A DNA stretch of 25,880 nucleotides, taken from positions 1 to 25,880 of the forward strand of contig JANLPS010000131.1 of NCBI GenBank assembly GCA_031367385.1. The letters are read 5' to 3'. The stretch's first letter is position 1. Each line of letters opens with the position of its first letter. Below, piece after piece: positions 7,535 through 16,511 of this stretch. The DNA is from Archangium sp. Its GTDB lineage: Bacteria > Myxococcota > Myxococcia > Myxococcales > Myxococcaceae. The notes beneath the pieces were generated by a model, which worked only from the letters and a program-made list of their open reading frames with translations, made no database searches and had not been told where the DNA came from. The position numbers and the translations under genes are program-made.

Positions 7535-10500
7535 TTAGAAGCACTGCGTGTCGTAGCGAACCGTCAACGTCTGACCCGGTGCCGGCGCGGCGGTCGGGTT
7601 GAACTTGATCGAGTTCGTCTGCGAGTCGTACATCCACGTCGTGGTCGGAGCGGGCGCTCCGTTGATCAACACCTCGAGCAACTTGCCCGCGGTCTGATCG
7701 GGCGTGTTGTTCAAGAAGAACTGGGTGCGAAACCCGAACGCGGTCTTGCCCAGGCCCTGCAGCGCGGTCGCCCAGCTGGTGGTGCAGATCTCGTCGCGCA
7801 CACCCGAGGTCGCGGTCACGATCGCGTCGTAGCGCATCACGTCGCCACCGCCGTCGTAAGTGCACTTGCCCGGAGCCGTCGCGAGGTACGGCCCGATGGT
7901 ATTGAAGGTGAACATCGAGAGGCGGTTGAAGCCTTTGATGTTGATCAACCGGTTTTGGTAATACGAGACCGCTTGCGGCGATTGGTCACCGGCGTCTGAG
8001 ACGATCACGATCGCCAGGTTGGCCTCGGGGCGCAAGAAGCCCGCGTTCTCGGCCGCGATCACCGGAGGCGTCAGCGCCAGCGTCGCCGTCTCGAGGCCCT
8101 GCTCGAGGCCGCTGCCGTTGGTGCCCAGGTTCACCATCTTCGAGAAGGTCTGCGGCACGTTGCGCGTCATCGGCGTCAGAATCGGCGCCACGCCGTTGGC
8201 CGGGTCGCGAAACAGCACGCCGCCAGGGGCCCGAGAATTGCTGGGAGGGCTCGTGCTGCACCCCAAGATTGGCAGGCAGACCTTGTCGCCGGCGTTGGTC
8301 ACCGTCGTGCTGGTCACGCCGATTTGGTAGTCGACCATCGCCGAGGCCGCGTACTTGATGAACGAGGTGAAGTTGTCGGCGAGGCTGGCCTGCTTGTCTT
8401 CCATCGAGCCGGAGTCGTCGACGACGATCAAGATGTCAGCCTTGGGCTGCGCGTCTTGCACGAAGGTGTCGGTCTGCTGACCCACCGTGTCACCCTTGCC
8501 GACCAGGCCCACCAGGTACGTCACCGACTGCCCCGACTGAATCACGTTGAGGGAGATGGCCCCCGAGTCTGACCCGACGTCGATGGGGCGGTACTTGGCT
8601 TGAAATTGAACCGGCGCCGCGCCGGGGGCGATGGCGGTGTTCGGTGCAGGCGTCGACGAGAGAAAGAACTCCGGGCACGCCGCGCCACCGGTGCAGTTGG
8701 GGCCGCCCGCGGGCTGACCCGCCGCCGCTTGCAGGCTGAGCGAGCTGAGCTGGAGCGACTGCTGGCACACGTTGTAGATGTTGAAGGTTCGCGAGACCGA
8801 GTTGCAGCCGATTTTCACGGTGCCGAAGTCTTGCGGGTCGGGCGTCACCGCCAGGCACGACGGGCCGATGCTCGCGCTCAAGGGCACGTTGGCGGTCGGC
8901 GGAGGCGTCGGCCCCGGCGCTGACGCGTTGAAGCGCAGCACGCCGGTCAACGTGGTCAAGGTGCCGGGCACCGGGCCCGCGGGGGTCAGGCGCACCACCA
9001 CTTGCCAGGCTTCTCCGGGGGCGAGCTGCTTGTCGGTCACCGGCCCGCCCACCAGGGTGAAGGCGGGGCTGGTGCCGGCCGCCAGGTCGACGCCCGAGAG
9101 GTAGCAGATGTCGTTCGCGCCAGTGCCCTTGTTGGTGATGGTGATCGGCAGGTCTTTCGAGATGCCCGGAGTCACCAACCCGAAGCTCACGCTCGCCGGC
9201 GTCACCTCGTAGTTGCACGGCGGCAGGGTCTGCACGTCGGCGCTGAGGTCGATGGTGATCGCAGGCTCGCTGGGGTCGTTCGAGAACACGGTCAGCTTCG
9301 CGCTCTTCATGCCCACGCTGGCGGGCTTCAAGGTGACCAAGAAGTCGACGAAGTTCGCGCCGGGGATGGCCTCGATGCCTTTGGACCCGTCGTACGCGCT
9401 GGCGAGGTTGATGGTGAACTCGCCGGCCGTGGTGCCCGCACCGGGCGTCAGCTCGAAGGGTGAGCCCTGGCCCGGCAGGTTGCCGATGACCTGGCCCAGA
9501 AAGAGGTTCGCGGTCACGTCGGGCACCGGGGGCTTGCCGCCCACGTTCTGCACGGTGACTTTGCGGTTGACGCTGCTGCCCGCGAAGTAGCCGACCCGGC
9601 CGAAGCCCAGGTTGGGCCGGGGGGTGACTTTGATCTTCGGGCCGCCGCCGGTGCAGGTCAGGTTGATGATGCCGCCGGGGGTCTTCTTGAGGCCGGTCTG
9701 AAACGAGAGCTTCGCACTGCGAGCGCCCAGGCCCGAGGGCGAGCAGGCCAGCTTGAGCGGCGTCAGGCCGTTGCCGTTGACCACGAACTTGGTCTCGTCG
9801 CCGCCCGCGGTGACCTTCTGAAAGAAGTCGCTGGGCATGGTGCTGGTGACCTGGGTGAGCACGATCGGCACGCTCGAGGGGTTCTTGAAGACCACCTCCT
9901 TGACCGCTTCGCTGCCGGGGTTCACGAACCCGAAGGCCAGCTCGTTCGGCGTCCACGTCAGGGTCTCGTCGCCGCCGTGACCGCTCAGGGTGATGGTCTT
10001 GTCGGGGCAGTTGCCGGGGCCGTGCGCGATGATCTGCGCCGAGTAGGTGCGCTTCTCGGTGGGCGAGAAGGTGATCAACACCGGCACGGTCGCCTTGGGG
10101 GCCACGTCGATGGCGCCCTTGGCGGTCTGGCCGAAGGTGGTCGCGTCGGCGCCGGTCAACTCACCCGCCGAGGCCGTCGCCGGGAGGGTGGTCGGGTTGT
10201 ACATGTCGAGCGAGTAGCTCTGCGTCTCGCCCACCAACACCTGACCGAAGTCGATGGTGTCGGGCAATTCGCAGGCGCCTTTTTCCCCTCCGCCCTTCAA
10301 GGTGATGGTCGCGGTCGCGTCTTCGGGGCGCGCGCCTTCACCGGTCAGGGCCAGCTTGGCGACGAAGGTGCTCTTGAGCTGCTGGGGCGTGAAGGTCATC
10401 TCGAACTCGGCTTGTTCGGTGGGGTTGATGACCTTGCTCTTGAACTTCACGTTGAAGGCCGCGCCCTCGGTCGCTGCGCTGCCGATGGTGACGCCGTCAC

Positions 10501-10780
10501 CCTCGACGAAGACGAGCTTGCTGAGCGTGAGCGCGCTGGTGCCGGTTTTGCGCACGGTCATCGTCAGGGTCTTGGTATCGCCGCTCAGCGCGCTGCCGAA
10601 GTCGTAGGTTGCGTCGCGGTTGATGATCTGCGCGCCCGATTCGTCGCGCCAGACCACTCCGATTTCACCGAAGTTCGAGCCGAGGCTGGGGTTCGGGCGG
10701 CAGGTGCAAGCAGCGCTGCCCATCATGAAGAGAACCGCGAAACCCAAGAACCCGCGCGAGACGATTGATTGTTGCTGCAT
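7535..10780 (-). CDS. Large lipoprotein with ~6 Ig-like (choice-of-anchor D / ASH-like) repeats and a C-terminal VWA domain; putative adhesin
   Basis: GAGGAG 5 nt before ATG 10780; signal peptide ending SAAC. Repeats begin DFGSA, DFGQV, AFGFV, GFGRV, SFGLV, DFGTV, with motifs such as 'LTVFSNDP' and 'ITITNKGT'. VWA MIDAS DILIVVDDSGSM ... IVIVSD. Confidence 0.88.
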   Translation of the reverse strand: MQQQSIVSRGFLGFAVLFMMGSAACTCRPNPSLGSNFGEIGVVWRDESGAQIINRDATYDFGSALSGDTKTLTMTVRKTGTSALTLSKLVFVEGDGVTIGSAATEGAAFNVKFKSKVINPTEQAEFEMTFTPQQLKSTFVAKLALTGEGARPEDATATITLKGGGEKGACELPDTIDFGQVLVGETQSYSLDMYNPTTLPATASAGELTGADATTFGQTAKGAIDVAPKATVPVLITFSPTEKRTYSAQIIAHGPGNCPDKTITLSGHGGDETLTWTPNELAFGFVNPGSEAVKEVVFKNPSSVPIVLTQVTSTMPSDFFQKVTAGGDETKFVVNGNGLTPLKLACSPSGLGARSAKLSFQTGLKKTPGGIINLTCTGGGPKIKVTPRPNLGFGRVGYFAGSSVNRKVTVQNVGGKPPVPDVTANLFLGQVIGNLPGQGSPFELTPGAGTTAGEFTINLASAYDGSKGIEAIPGANFVDFLVTLKPASVGMKSAKLTVFSNDPSEPAITIDLSADVQTLPPCNYEVTPASVSFGLVTPGISKDLPITITNKGTGANDICYLSGVDLAAGTSPAFTLVGGPVTDKQLAPGEAWQVVVRLTPAGPVPGTLTTLTGVLRFNASAPGPTPPPTANVPLSASIGPSCLAVTPDPQDFGTVKIGCNSVSRTFNIYNVCQQSLQLSSLSLQAAAGQPAGGPNCTGGAACPEFFLSSTPAPNTAIAPGAAPVQFQAKYRPIDVGSDSGAISLNVIQSGQSVTYLVGLVGKGDTVGQQTDTFVQDAQPKADILIVVDDSGSMEDKQASLADNFTSFIKYAASAMVDYQIGVTSTTVTNAGDKVCLPILGCSTSPPSNSRAPGGVLFRDPANGVAPILTPMTRNVPQTFSKMVNLGTNGSGLEQGLETATLALTPPVIAAENAGFLRPEANLAIVIVSDAGDQSPQAVSYYQNRLINIKGFNRLSMFTFNTIGPYLATAPGKCTYDGGGDVMRYDAIVTATSGVRDEICTTSWATALQGLGKTAFGFRTQFFLNNTPDQTAGKLLEVLINGAPAPTTTWMYDSQTNSIKFNPTAAPAPGQTLTVRYDTQCF

Positions 10781-10984
10781 CACTACTCCTCGAGAATTGA
10801 AGCCACAGCGACGCCCGGGCGCCGCTCCCGACCGTCAGGGGGCGCGCACTCTTGTCATGTAGGCAAAGAAGATCAACCCCCTCCTACTTGTTCACATGCG
10901 TCGACTTGTGTAGGACACGGCCCTCGCAGGTCTTTGTGCGGAGTCGGCGCACATCTATTTTTCGCAGCCCCTTGGAGCTCAACA

Positions 10985-12025
10985 ATGTCGTTCTTTTCTT
11001 CGTCTTCGTCGGTGAAGGCCGTGGTGTTCGGCGCGGTCATCGGGTTCGTGGCGGCGTTGGCCCCCAGCTGTGGCAGCGGCACCAAAGTCGTTCGCTGCTC
11101 GGTCAGCAACTGCGATGGCTGCTGCGATGACACCGGCGCCTGCTTGCAGGGCACCAGCGACACCAACTGCGGCTCGGCCGCGGCCTCGTGCATCAGCTGC
11201 GACACCGGCCGCTCGTGCCTCAAGCTCTCCGCTGACTCGACCTTTGGCGGGCGCTGCAACGGCGGCACTGGCTCGGGCGGCGGCGACGGCGGCACGCTGG
11301 GCAAAGACGCGGGCGTCGGCGATGCCGGCGTGTGCAACCCCTCGACTTGCGCCAACGGCTGCTGCAACGGCTCGACCTGCGTCACCGTCACCACCACCGC
11401 CCGCTGCGGCGCGAATGGCGCGGCGTGTACGCCCTGCAACGCGGCGAACACCTGCGTCTCGGGCGCGTGCACCCCGTGCGCGGGCTGCGTCGACATCAGC
11501 ACCGGTATTTGCCGCCAAGGCTCTGAGATGACCGCCTGCGGCCGCACCGGCGGCTTCTGCCAGACCTGCGACAGCACGCAGGGCCAGACCTGTGCCAACG
11601 GGGTCTGCGGCGGCGGTGCCACCTGCAACGCGACCACCTGCCCTGATGGCTGCTGCGACGGCGCGACCTGCAAGCCGAAGTCTGGGTACACCAACTTTCA
11701 GTGCGGCAGCGGCGCCCCCGGCGGCGCGTGCGTCTCGTGCAACACCACCTGCGACAAAGACGCTGGCATCTGCGTCGGCGGCGGCGGCGGCGGGTTCGAC
11801 GACGGTGGCTTGAACTTCCCCATGTCGACCCCCTGCGACCCCAACACGACGCCTCCCTGCCCAGCGGGGGAGTGCTGCCAAAATATTCTCGGCAGCTACA
11901 GCTGCGTCGCCCCCGGCACCAACTTCGGTATCTTCGAAACCTGTGGAAGCGCCGTCAATTGCTTCCACTGCGGGGGTCTCTTCAGCAAGACCAAGTGCGA
12001 CCTCCCCACGATGACCTGTAAGTAA
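10985..12025 (+). CDS. Cys-rich repeat lipoprotein (346 aa)
   Basis: GGAG upstream of ATG 10985; signal peptide ending LAPSC. Repeated CxxGC(C)...CG..G..CxxC...C modules (four copies) separated by Gly/DAG linkers. Confidence 0.85.
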   Translation: MSFFSSSSSVKAVVFGAVIGFVAALAPSCGSGTKVVRCSVSNCDGCCDDTGACLQGTSDTNCGSAAASCISCDTGRSCLKLSADSTFGGRCNGGTGSGGGDGGTLGKDAGVGDAGVCNPSTCANGCCNGSTCVTVTTTARCGANGAACTPCNAANTCVSGACTPCAGCVDISTGICRQGSEMTACGRTGGFCQTCDSTQGQTCANGVCGGGATCNATTCPDGCCDGATCKPKSGYTNFQCGSGAPGGACVSCNTTCDKDAGICVGGGGGGFDDGGLNFPMSTPCDPNTTPPCPAGECCQNILGSYSCVAPGTNFGIFETCGSAVNCFHCGGLFSKTKCDLPTMTCK

Positions 12026-12078
12026 GGCTCGTCGGGTCGAAGATTGAGTTTGAAGGCCTGGGTGGTACACGTGGTCGG

Positions 12079-14784
12079 GTGAGCACCACCGAGACCACGA
12101 CGTTCGAAGCACTGGGCCTGCCGCAGGCCCTCCTCAAGGCGTTGGCCAGGGCCGGGTACACCGCCCCGACGCCGATTCAGGCCGAGACCATACCCGCGCT
12201 GCTGGCTGGGCGAGACGTGCTGGGCCAGGCCGCGACCGGCACCGGCAAGACCGCGGCGTTCGCGCTGCCGATTCTCAGCAAGCTCACCCCCGGTGCGTCG
12301 AAGCCGTTCGAGACCGGGGCCCTGGTGCTGGTGCCGACCCGCGAGCTCGCGCTCCAGGTGACCGAGTCGATGAAGAAGTACAGCGACGCGATGGGCGTCA
12401 GCGTGCTCGCCATCTACGGAGGCCAAGAATTCGCGGTGCAGCTGCGCCCGCTCAAGCGCGGCGTCGACGTGGTGGTGGCGACTCCGGGGCGGGCGATCGA
12501 CCACTTGAAGCGCAAGACGCTCAAGCTCGACCGGGTGCGCACGGTGATTCTCGACGAGGCCGACGAGATGCTCGACATGGGCTTCGCCGAAGACCTCGAG
12601 GTGATTCTGAGCGCGCTGCCGGCTGAGCGGCAGGTCGCGCTGTTCTCGGCCACCATGCCCTCGCGCATCTTGAAGATCGCCGAGCGGCAGATGAAGAACC
12701 CGGTGCGGGTCAGCATCGCGCGCTCTCTCTCGCACGGAGAAGGCCAGAAGGTTCGCCAGGTCGCCTACGTGGTGCCGCGACGCCAGAAAGTCGAGGCGCT
12801 GCTGCGAGTGCTCGAGCTCGAGGCGCCGGTGAGTGCGCTGGTGTTCTGCCGCACCCGCGCCGACGTTGATGAGCTGGCCACCGTGCTCGATGAGAAGGGC
12901 TTCGCGGTCGAGGCGCTGCACGGCGGCTTGAGCCAAGACCAGCGCGACCGGGTGATGAAGAAGTTCAAGTCTGGGGCGGTGAAGTACGTGGTCGCGACCG
13001 ACGTCGCTGCGCGTGGCATTCACGTCGATAATTTGTCGCACGTGATCAACGCCGACGTGCCGACCTCGCCCGAGGTGTACGTGCACCGCATCGGGCGCAC
13101 CGGCCGGGCAGGGCGCGAGGGCACGGCGATTACCTTCGCTGAGCCGGGTGAGGTTCGGTTGATCAAGGGCCTCGAGCGCGCGTCGGGCGGGCGGCTGCAG
13201 CAGCTGCAGGTGCCCAGCGCAGATCAGGTGAAGTCGAAGAAGGTGAAGTCGACGCAGAACGCGGTCAACGCCGCGGTCGAGTCGGGCGCCGGAGCCGCGA
13301 TGCGCGCGTGGGTCGACTCGCTCGGCGATGCGCTGCCCGCGACTGCCGCGGCGGCGATGGAGCTGCTGCACCGGGCGATGCACAACGAGGCTCCGGAGGA
13401 GGCTCCGGTGCAGACGGTCGAGCAGGCGCTGGCTGGCAGCCGCCATGACGCGGGGCCCAAGACGCGGCCTCCCAGCTCGAGCGCCGCTCGGGGGCACAGC
13501 GCCGCTGCGGCTCCGAGAGCCAGCGCCACTCGAGGGCATGAGTGGGTCGCGGCGCGCGGGGCGCCGGTCAGCGACGAGTCGGGCGCTGGCAGTGAGGGCG
13601 CAGGTCACTCGCGCGGTGGCGCGGGGCGGGGGTCGCCGGTCAGCGACGAGTCGGGCGCTGGCAGTGAGAACGCAGGTCACTCACGCGGTGGCGCGAGGCG
13701 CGGTGTACACGCGAGCGACCAATCGGGCGCACGTGACGATGAGGCGCCGCCTCCACGCGGGAGCGCCGGGCGCGGCGCGCAGGCGAGCGACGAGTCGTTC
13801 TCTCACAGCGATGACGTGCCGCCTCCACGCGAGAGCGCAGGGCGGAGCGCGCACGCAAGCGAAGAGTCTGGTGCTCACGGCCGTCGTGGCGATGGCGCGA
13901 AGAGCCCACGCGAGAGCGCCGGTCGCGGTACTCACGCCAGCGATGGCGCGAAGAGCTCCCGCGAGAGCGCCGGCCGCGGCACTCACGCCGGCGACGGCGC
14001 AAAGAGCCCTCGCGAGAGCGCTGTCCGCCGCGACGGGGCGAAGGGCCCGCGGGCGAGCGCTGGTCGCGGCGCTCACACGAGCGACGACTCGGCGGCTCAC
14101 GGTGGTCGCAGCGAGGCGAAGGGCCCACGCGCGAGCGCTGGTCACCCGAAGGCCCATCGGGCCAGGTCCGACGAGATCCCCGCTGAGCTCGCTCCTCGCG
14201 CCAGCGTCGGGCTCGCGCCGCGCTCCACCGCCGAACGGCCGAATCGCAACTTCGAGATCGCCGCGGCCCACCCCCCGAGGGCTCTGCGCCCGAGCGCCGA
14301 ACGGCCCCGCAAGGCCGAGTTTCAGTCGAAGCCCCCGCCCAGGTCTGGCCCGGCCGCCAACCGCCTCGACCCCAAAGCGATGCAGCGCGGGGGTGGCGGG
14401 TTGAATGATTTTCGCGCCACTCGAAACGAGGGTGCCAAGCCGCCTCCGTTCAACCGCTCAACGAAGCCTGCCGAACGCGAGTACGTCGACCGAGACGATG
14501 AACGCCGGGCCCACCGTGAAGCCGGCCCGTCACGCGGTAAGCCAGGAGATGTCGTGACCCTCTGGGTCAGCGCCGGCACCGATGCCGGCATTCGGCCGGG
14601 AGACCTCGTCGGCGCCATCGCCAACGAGGCCGGGCTCCACTCGAAGCAGATTGGGCCGATCGTCATCAACGAGGCGTTCTCTCTGGTCGGAGTGCCCTCG
14701 GTCGCTGTCGAGGCGGTCATCGATGCGTTGCACAGCTCCAAGCTGCGCGGCCGCAAGGTGAAGGTGCGGCGCGAAAAAACGTAG
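12079..14784 (+). CDS. DEAD-box RNA helicase with C-terminal DbpA-type RNA-binding domain (CsdA/DeaD-like) and a very long repeat linker
   Basis: Q motif PTPIQ, AATGTGKT, PTRELALQ, TPGR, DEAD, SAT, LVFCRT, TDVAARG, HRIGRTGRAG. C-terminal LWVSAG..GIRPGDLVGAIANEAGL..IGPI matches the DbpA RBD. Confidence 0.94.
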   Translation: MSTTETTTFEALGLPQALLKALARAGYTAPTPIQAETIPALLAGRDVLGQAATGTGKTAAFALPILSKLTPGASKPFETGALVLVPTRELALQVTESMKKYSDAMGVSVLAIYGGQEFAVQLRPLKRGVDVVVATPGRAIDHLKRKTLKLDRVRTVILDEADEMLDMGFAEDLEVILSALPAERQVALFSATMPSRILKIAERQMKNPVRVSIARSLSHGEGQKVRQVAYVVPRRQKVEALLRVLELEAPVSALVFCRTRADVDELATVLDEKGFAVEALHGGLSQDQRDRVMKKFKSGAVKYVVATDVAARGIHVDNLSHVINADVPTSPEVYVHRIGRTGRAGREGTAITFAEPGEVRLIKGLERASGGRLQQLQVPSADQVKSKKVKSTQNAVNAAVESGAGAAMRAWVDSLGDALPATAAAAMELLHRAMHNEAPEEAPVQTVEQALAGSRHDAGPKTRPPSSSAARGHSAAAAPRASATRGHEWVAARGAPVSDESGAGSEGAGHSRGGAGRGSPVSDESGAGSENAGHSRGGARRGVHASDQSGARDDEAPPPRGSAGRGAQASDESFSHSDDVPPPRESAGRSAHASEESGAHGRRGDGAKSPRESAGRGTHASDGAKSSRESAGRGTHAGDGAKSPRESAVRRDGAKGPRASAGRGAHTSDDSAAHGGRSEAKGPRASAGHPKAHRARSDEIPAELAPRASVGLAPRSTAERPNRNFEIAAAHPPRALRPSAERPRKAEFQSKPPPRSGPAANRLDPKAMQRGGGGLNDFRATRNEGAKPPPFNRSTKPAEREYVDRDDERRAHREAGPSRGKPGDVVTLWVSAGTDAGIRPGDLVGAIANEAGLHSKQIGPIVINEAFSLVGVPSVAVEAVIDALHSSKLRGRKVKVRREKT
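13562..14140 (+). repeat. In-frame coding tandem repeats inside the helicase linker
   Basis: CGCCGGTCAGCGACGAGTCGGGCGCTGGCAGTGAG at 13562 and 13634 (72-nt period). These are followed by degenerate PR(E/A)SAGRGxHxSD / DGAK(S/G) units. Confidence 0.9.
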
Positions 14785-14815
14785 CGCCGCGGGCCCGGGC
14801 TCGAAAGAGAAGACC

Positions 14816-15391
14816 ATGGCCCTGGCTCCCCTGGCATTGATGCTCTCGTTGACGCTCGCTGCTCCCTCCTTTGACCTGACGGAGTGGAACCGGCAGCGGC
14901 TCCAGAGCCAGTCGACCGGCATGTGGGTGCTGGGCGGGTGGGGCGCCGCGAACATCGTCGCCGGGGGGCTCGGAGCCGCGTTGACCCACGACGAGCAGCT
15001 GCGCTGGGTCTTTCTGGGTTCGGCGCTCTGGAACACCGTCAACCTCGCCCTGGCCGTCATCAACCTCGCCTCCAACTGGAAGGCGGACCCCGCCAGCTTC
15101 GATGCCAAGGCGTCGCTGCAGGCGTCGAATTCGAGCTCGACCATCTTCGCGGTCAACGCCGGCATCGACTTCGGCTACCTGGCGACCGGCGCTTTTCTTT
15201 GGCAGCGCGGCGCCTCGACCCAAGACCCGCGCATGGTGGGGGTCGGCCAGGCGCTCCTGATTCAAGGCGCCTTCTTGGCCGTCTTCGACACGGTGATGGC
15301 GCTGGTGCTGGGCGGTTTCACCAACCGGCTGGTCGACCACCTCAACCTCTCGGTCGACCAGTCGGGCCTGGGTGGCAGCCCTTCGCGCTGA
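14816..15391 (+). CDS. Membrane/secreted hypothetical protein, probably DUF6992-like
   Basis: Signal-like N-terminus; GMWVLGGWGAANI, WNTVNLALA, NAGIDFGYL, QGAFLAVFD. Family label is from memory. Confidence 0.7.
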   Translation: MALAPLALMLSLTLAAPSFDLTEWNRQRLQSQSTGMWVLGGWGAANIVAGGLGAALTHDEQLRWVFLGSALWNTVNLALAVINLASNWKADPASFDAKASLQASNSSSTIFAVNAGIDFGYLATGAFLWQRGASTQDPRMVGVGQALLIQGAFLAVFDTVMALVLGGFTNRLVDHLNLSVDQSGLGGSPSR

Positions 15392-15396
15392 CTGCT

Positions 15397-16464
15397 TTAG
15401 GGCGCGCAGGCCGGTCGCAGCGAGGTCGTGTCGAGGTCGCTCAGGTCGAGCTGTTGCGGCACGCCGGGGTTCACGAACCGGCCACCCCCCGCGCTTGCCA
15501 CGCGCTGCAGAACGTAGGTGCCAAACGAGAGCGCGTCGCTCGGAGGCATGCCCAACAGGTCTTGGCAGATGGGGCCACACGCATCGATCTTCGAGCGGTC
15601 GAAGAGCAGTCGCGTGTGCACCGAGATCTCTCCGGCGCCGTACGTGGCTCGAAGCGCGGCGATGTCGAGCGCCTGTTGATACAGGGCGGCCGGCTGGTTG
15701 CGGTCGCTGCCCGCCACGAACCCCGGTATGCACGTTTGCCCATTCGAGTCGGTGCCGCGCAGCGGGTCACAAGCGCTCGCGGGAGCGACGTTGCAGAAGG
15801 TGCCCGAGGCCGGGCTGTCAGCCCAAATGCCCTCGGGGTTCGCCGGGGTGGCGTAGCTCGCCGCGGCGTCGTTGGCGCTGCACATCGGCGAGGGCACGCC
15901 ACTGCTGATCACCACCACCAGATACTTGGTACGCGCGCGAAGCGCCGGTTCGCTCGCCCTCAGGTCGGCTTCGAGCTGCTCTTTGACCAGCCCCAGGCCT
16001 CCCTGCAAATCCATCGCTTTGCCCAGCTGGGTGGTCAACTCAGCGGCAGCCGCTTTGGGAAAACCCGAGCTGACCGGCTGAAACGAGAAGCCGCGCGGCC
16101 CCGGCGCCCACCAGGTGACGGCACTCCAGACGTTGGGCTGCGCTGCGTTCGCCAACCAGAACTGCTCGAGCGCCTTGACTCGACCCGGCACGGTGACGCC
16201 CGCCGACATGCCGAACTGCTCACAAAACGCCGACCCACCTGCTTGCGCTCCCGGAGGGTCGATGATGCAGAGCGAGCCACGGTTATCGACCAAGAACAGC
16301 ACCTTGACGGGCCAGCTGGTGAGGCTCGACTCCTGGCAGCCTGCGTCAACCTCCTGCGCCTGACCCGCGTCAGCCGGCTCGAGCGATGACAACACGTCTT
16401 TTTGCGAGACCGGCAACGCGCAGGCCCCGAACAGCATCGACAGAATCAGCAGGTGTGTGTTCAT
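15397..16464 (-). CDS. VWA-type lipoprotein similar to myxobacterial cell-cohesion protein MtsD, with degenerate MIDAS (355 aa)
   Basis: GGAGG before ATG 16464; lipobox FGAC. PVKVLFLVDNRGSLCIIDPPGAQ..FCEQ, RVKAL, TKYLVVVISSGVPSPMC, WADS..FCN, DRNQ. Confidence 0.7.
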   Translation of the reverse strand: MNTHLLILSMLFGACALPVSQKDVLSSLEPADAGQAQEVDAGCQESSLTSWPVKVLFLVDNRGSLCIIDPPGAQAGGSAFCEQFGMSAGVTVPGRVKALEQFWLANAAQPNVWSAVTWWAPGPRGFSFQPVSSGFPKAAAAELTTQLGKAMDLQGGLGLVKEQLEADLRASEPALRARTKYLVVVISSGVPSPMCSANDAAASYATPANPEGIWADSPASGTFCNVAPASACDPLRGTDSNGQTCIPGFVAGSDRNQPAALYQQALDIAALRATYGAGEISVHTRLLFDRSKIDACGPICQDLLGMPPSDALSFGTYVLQRVASAGGGRFVNPGVPQQLDLSDLDTTSLRPACAP

Positions 16465-16511
16465 TCTGGCCTCCCAGCCGGCCGGTAGGTGCCACGAGCG
16501 CGAAAACCGGC

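Noticed and set aside
10985..12025. TraA kin-recognition receptor
   Set aside because: No PA14-like domain, no MYXO-CTERM tail and no adjacent traB/OmpA gene; it has a lipobox instead.
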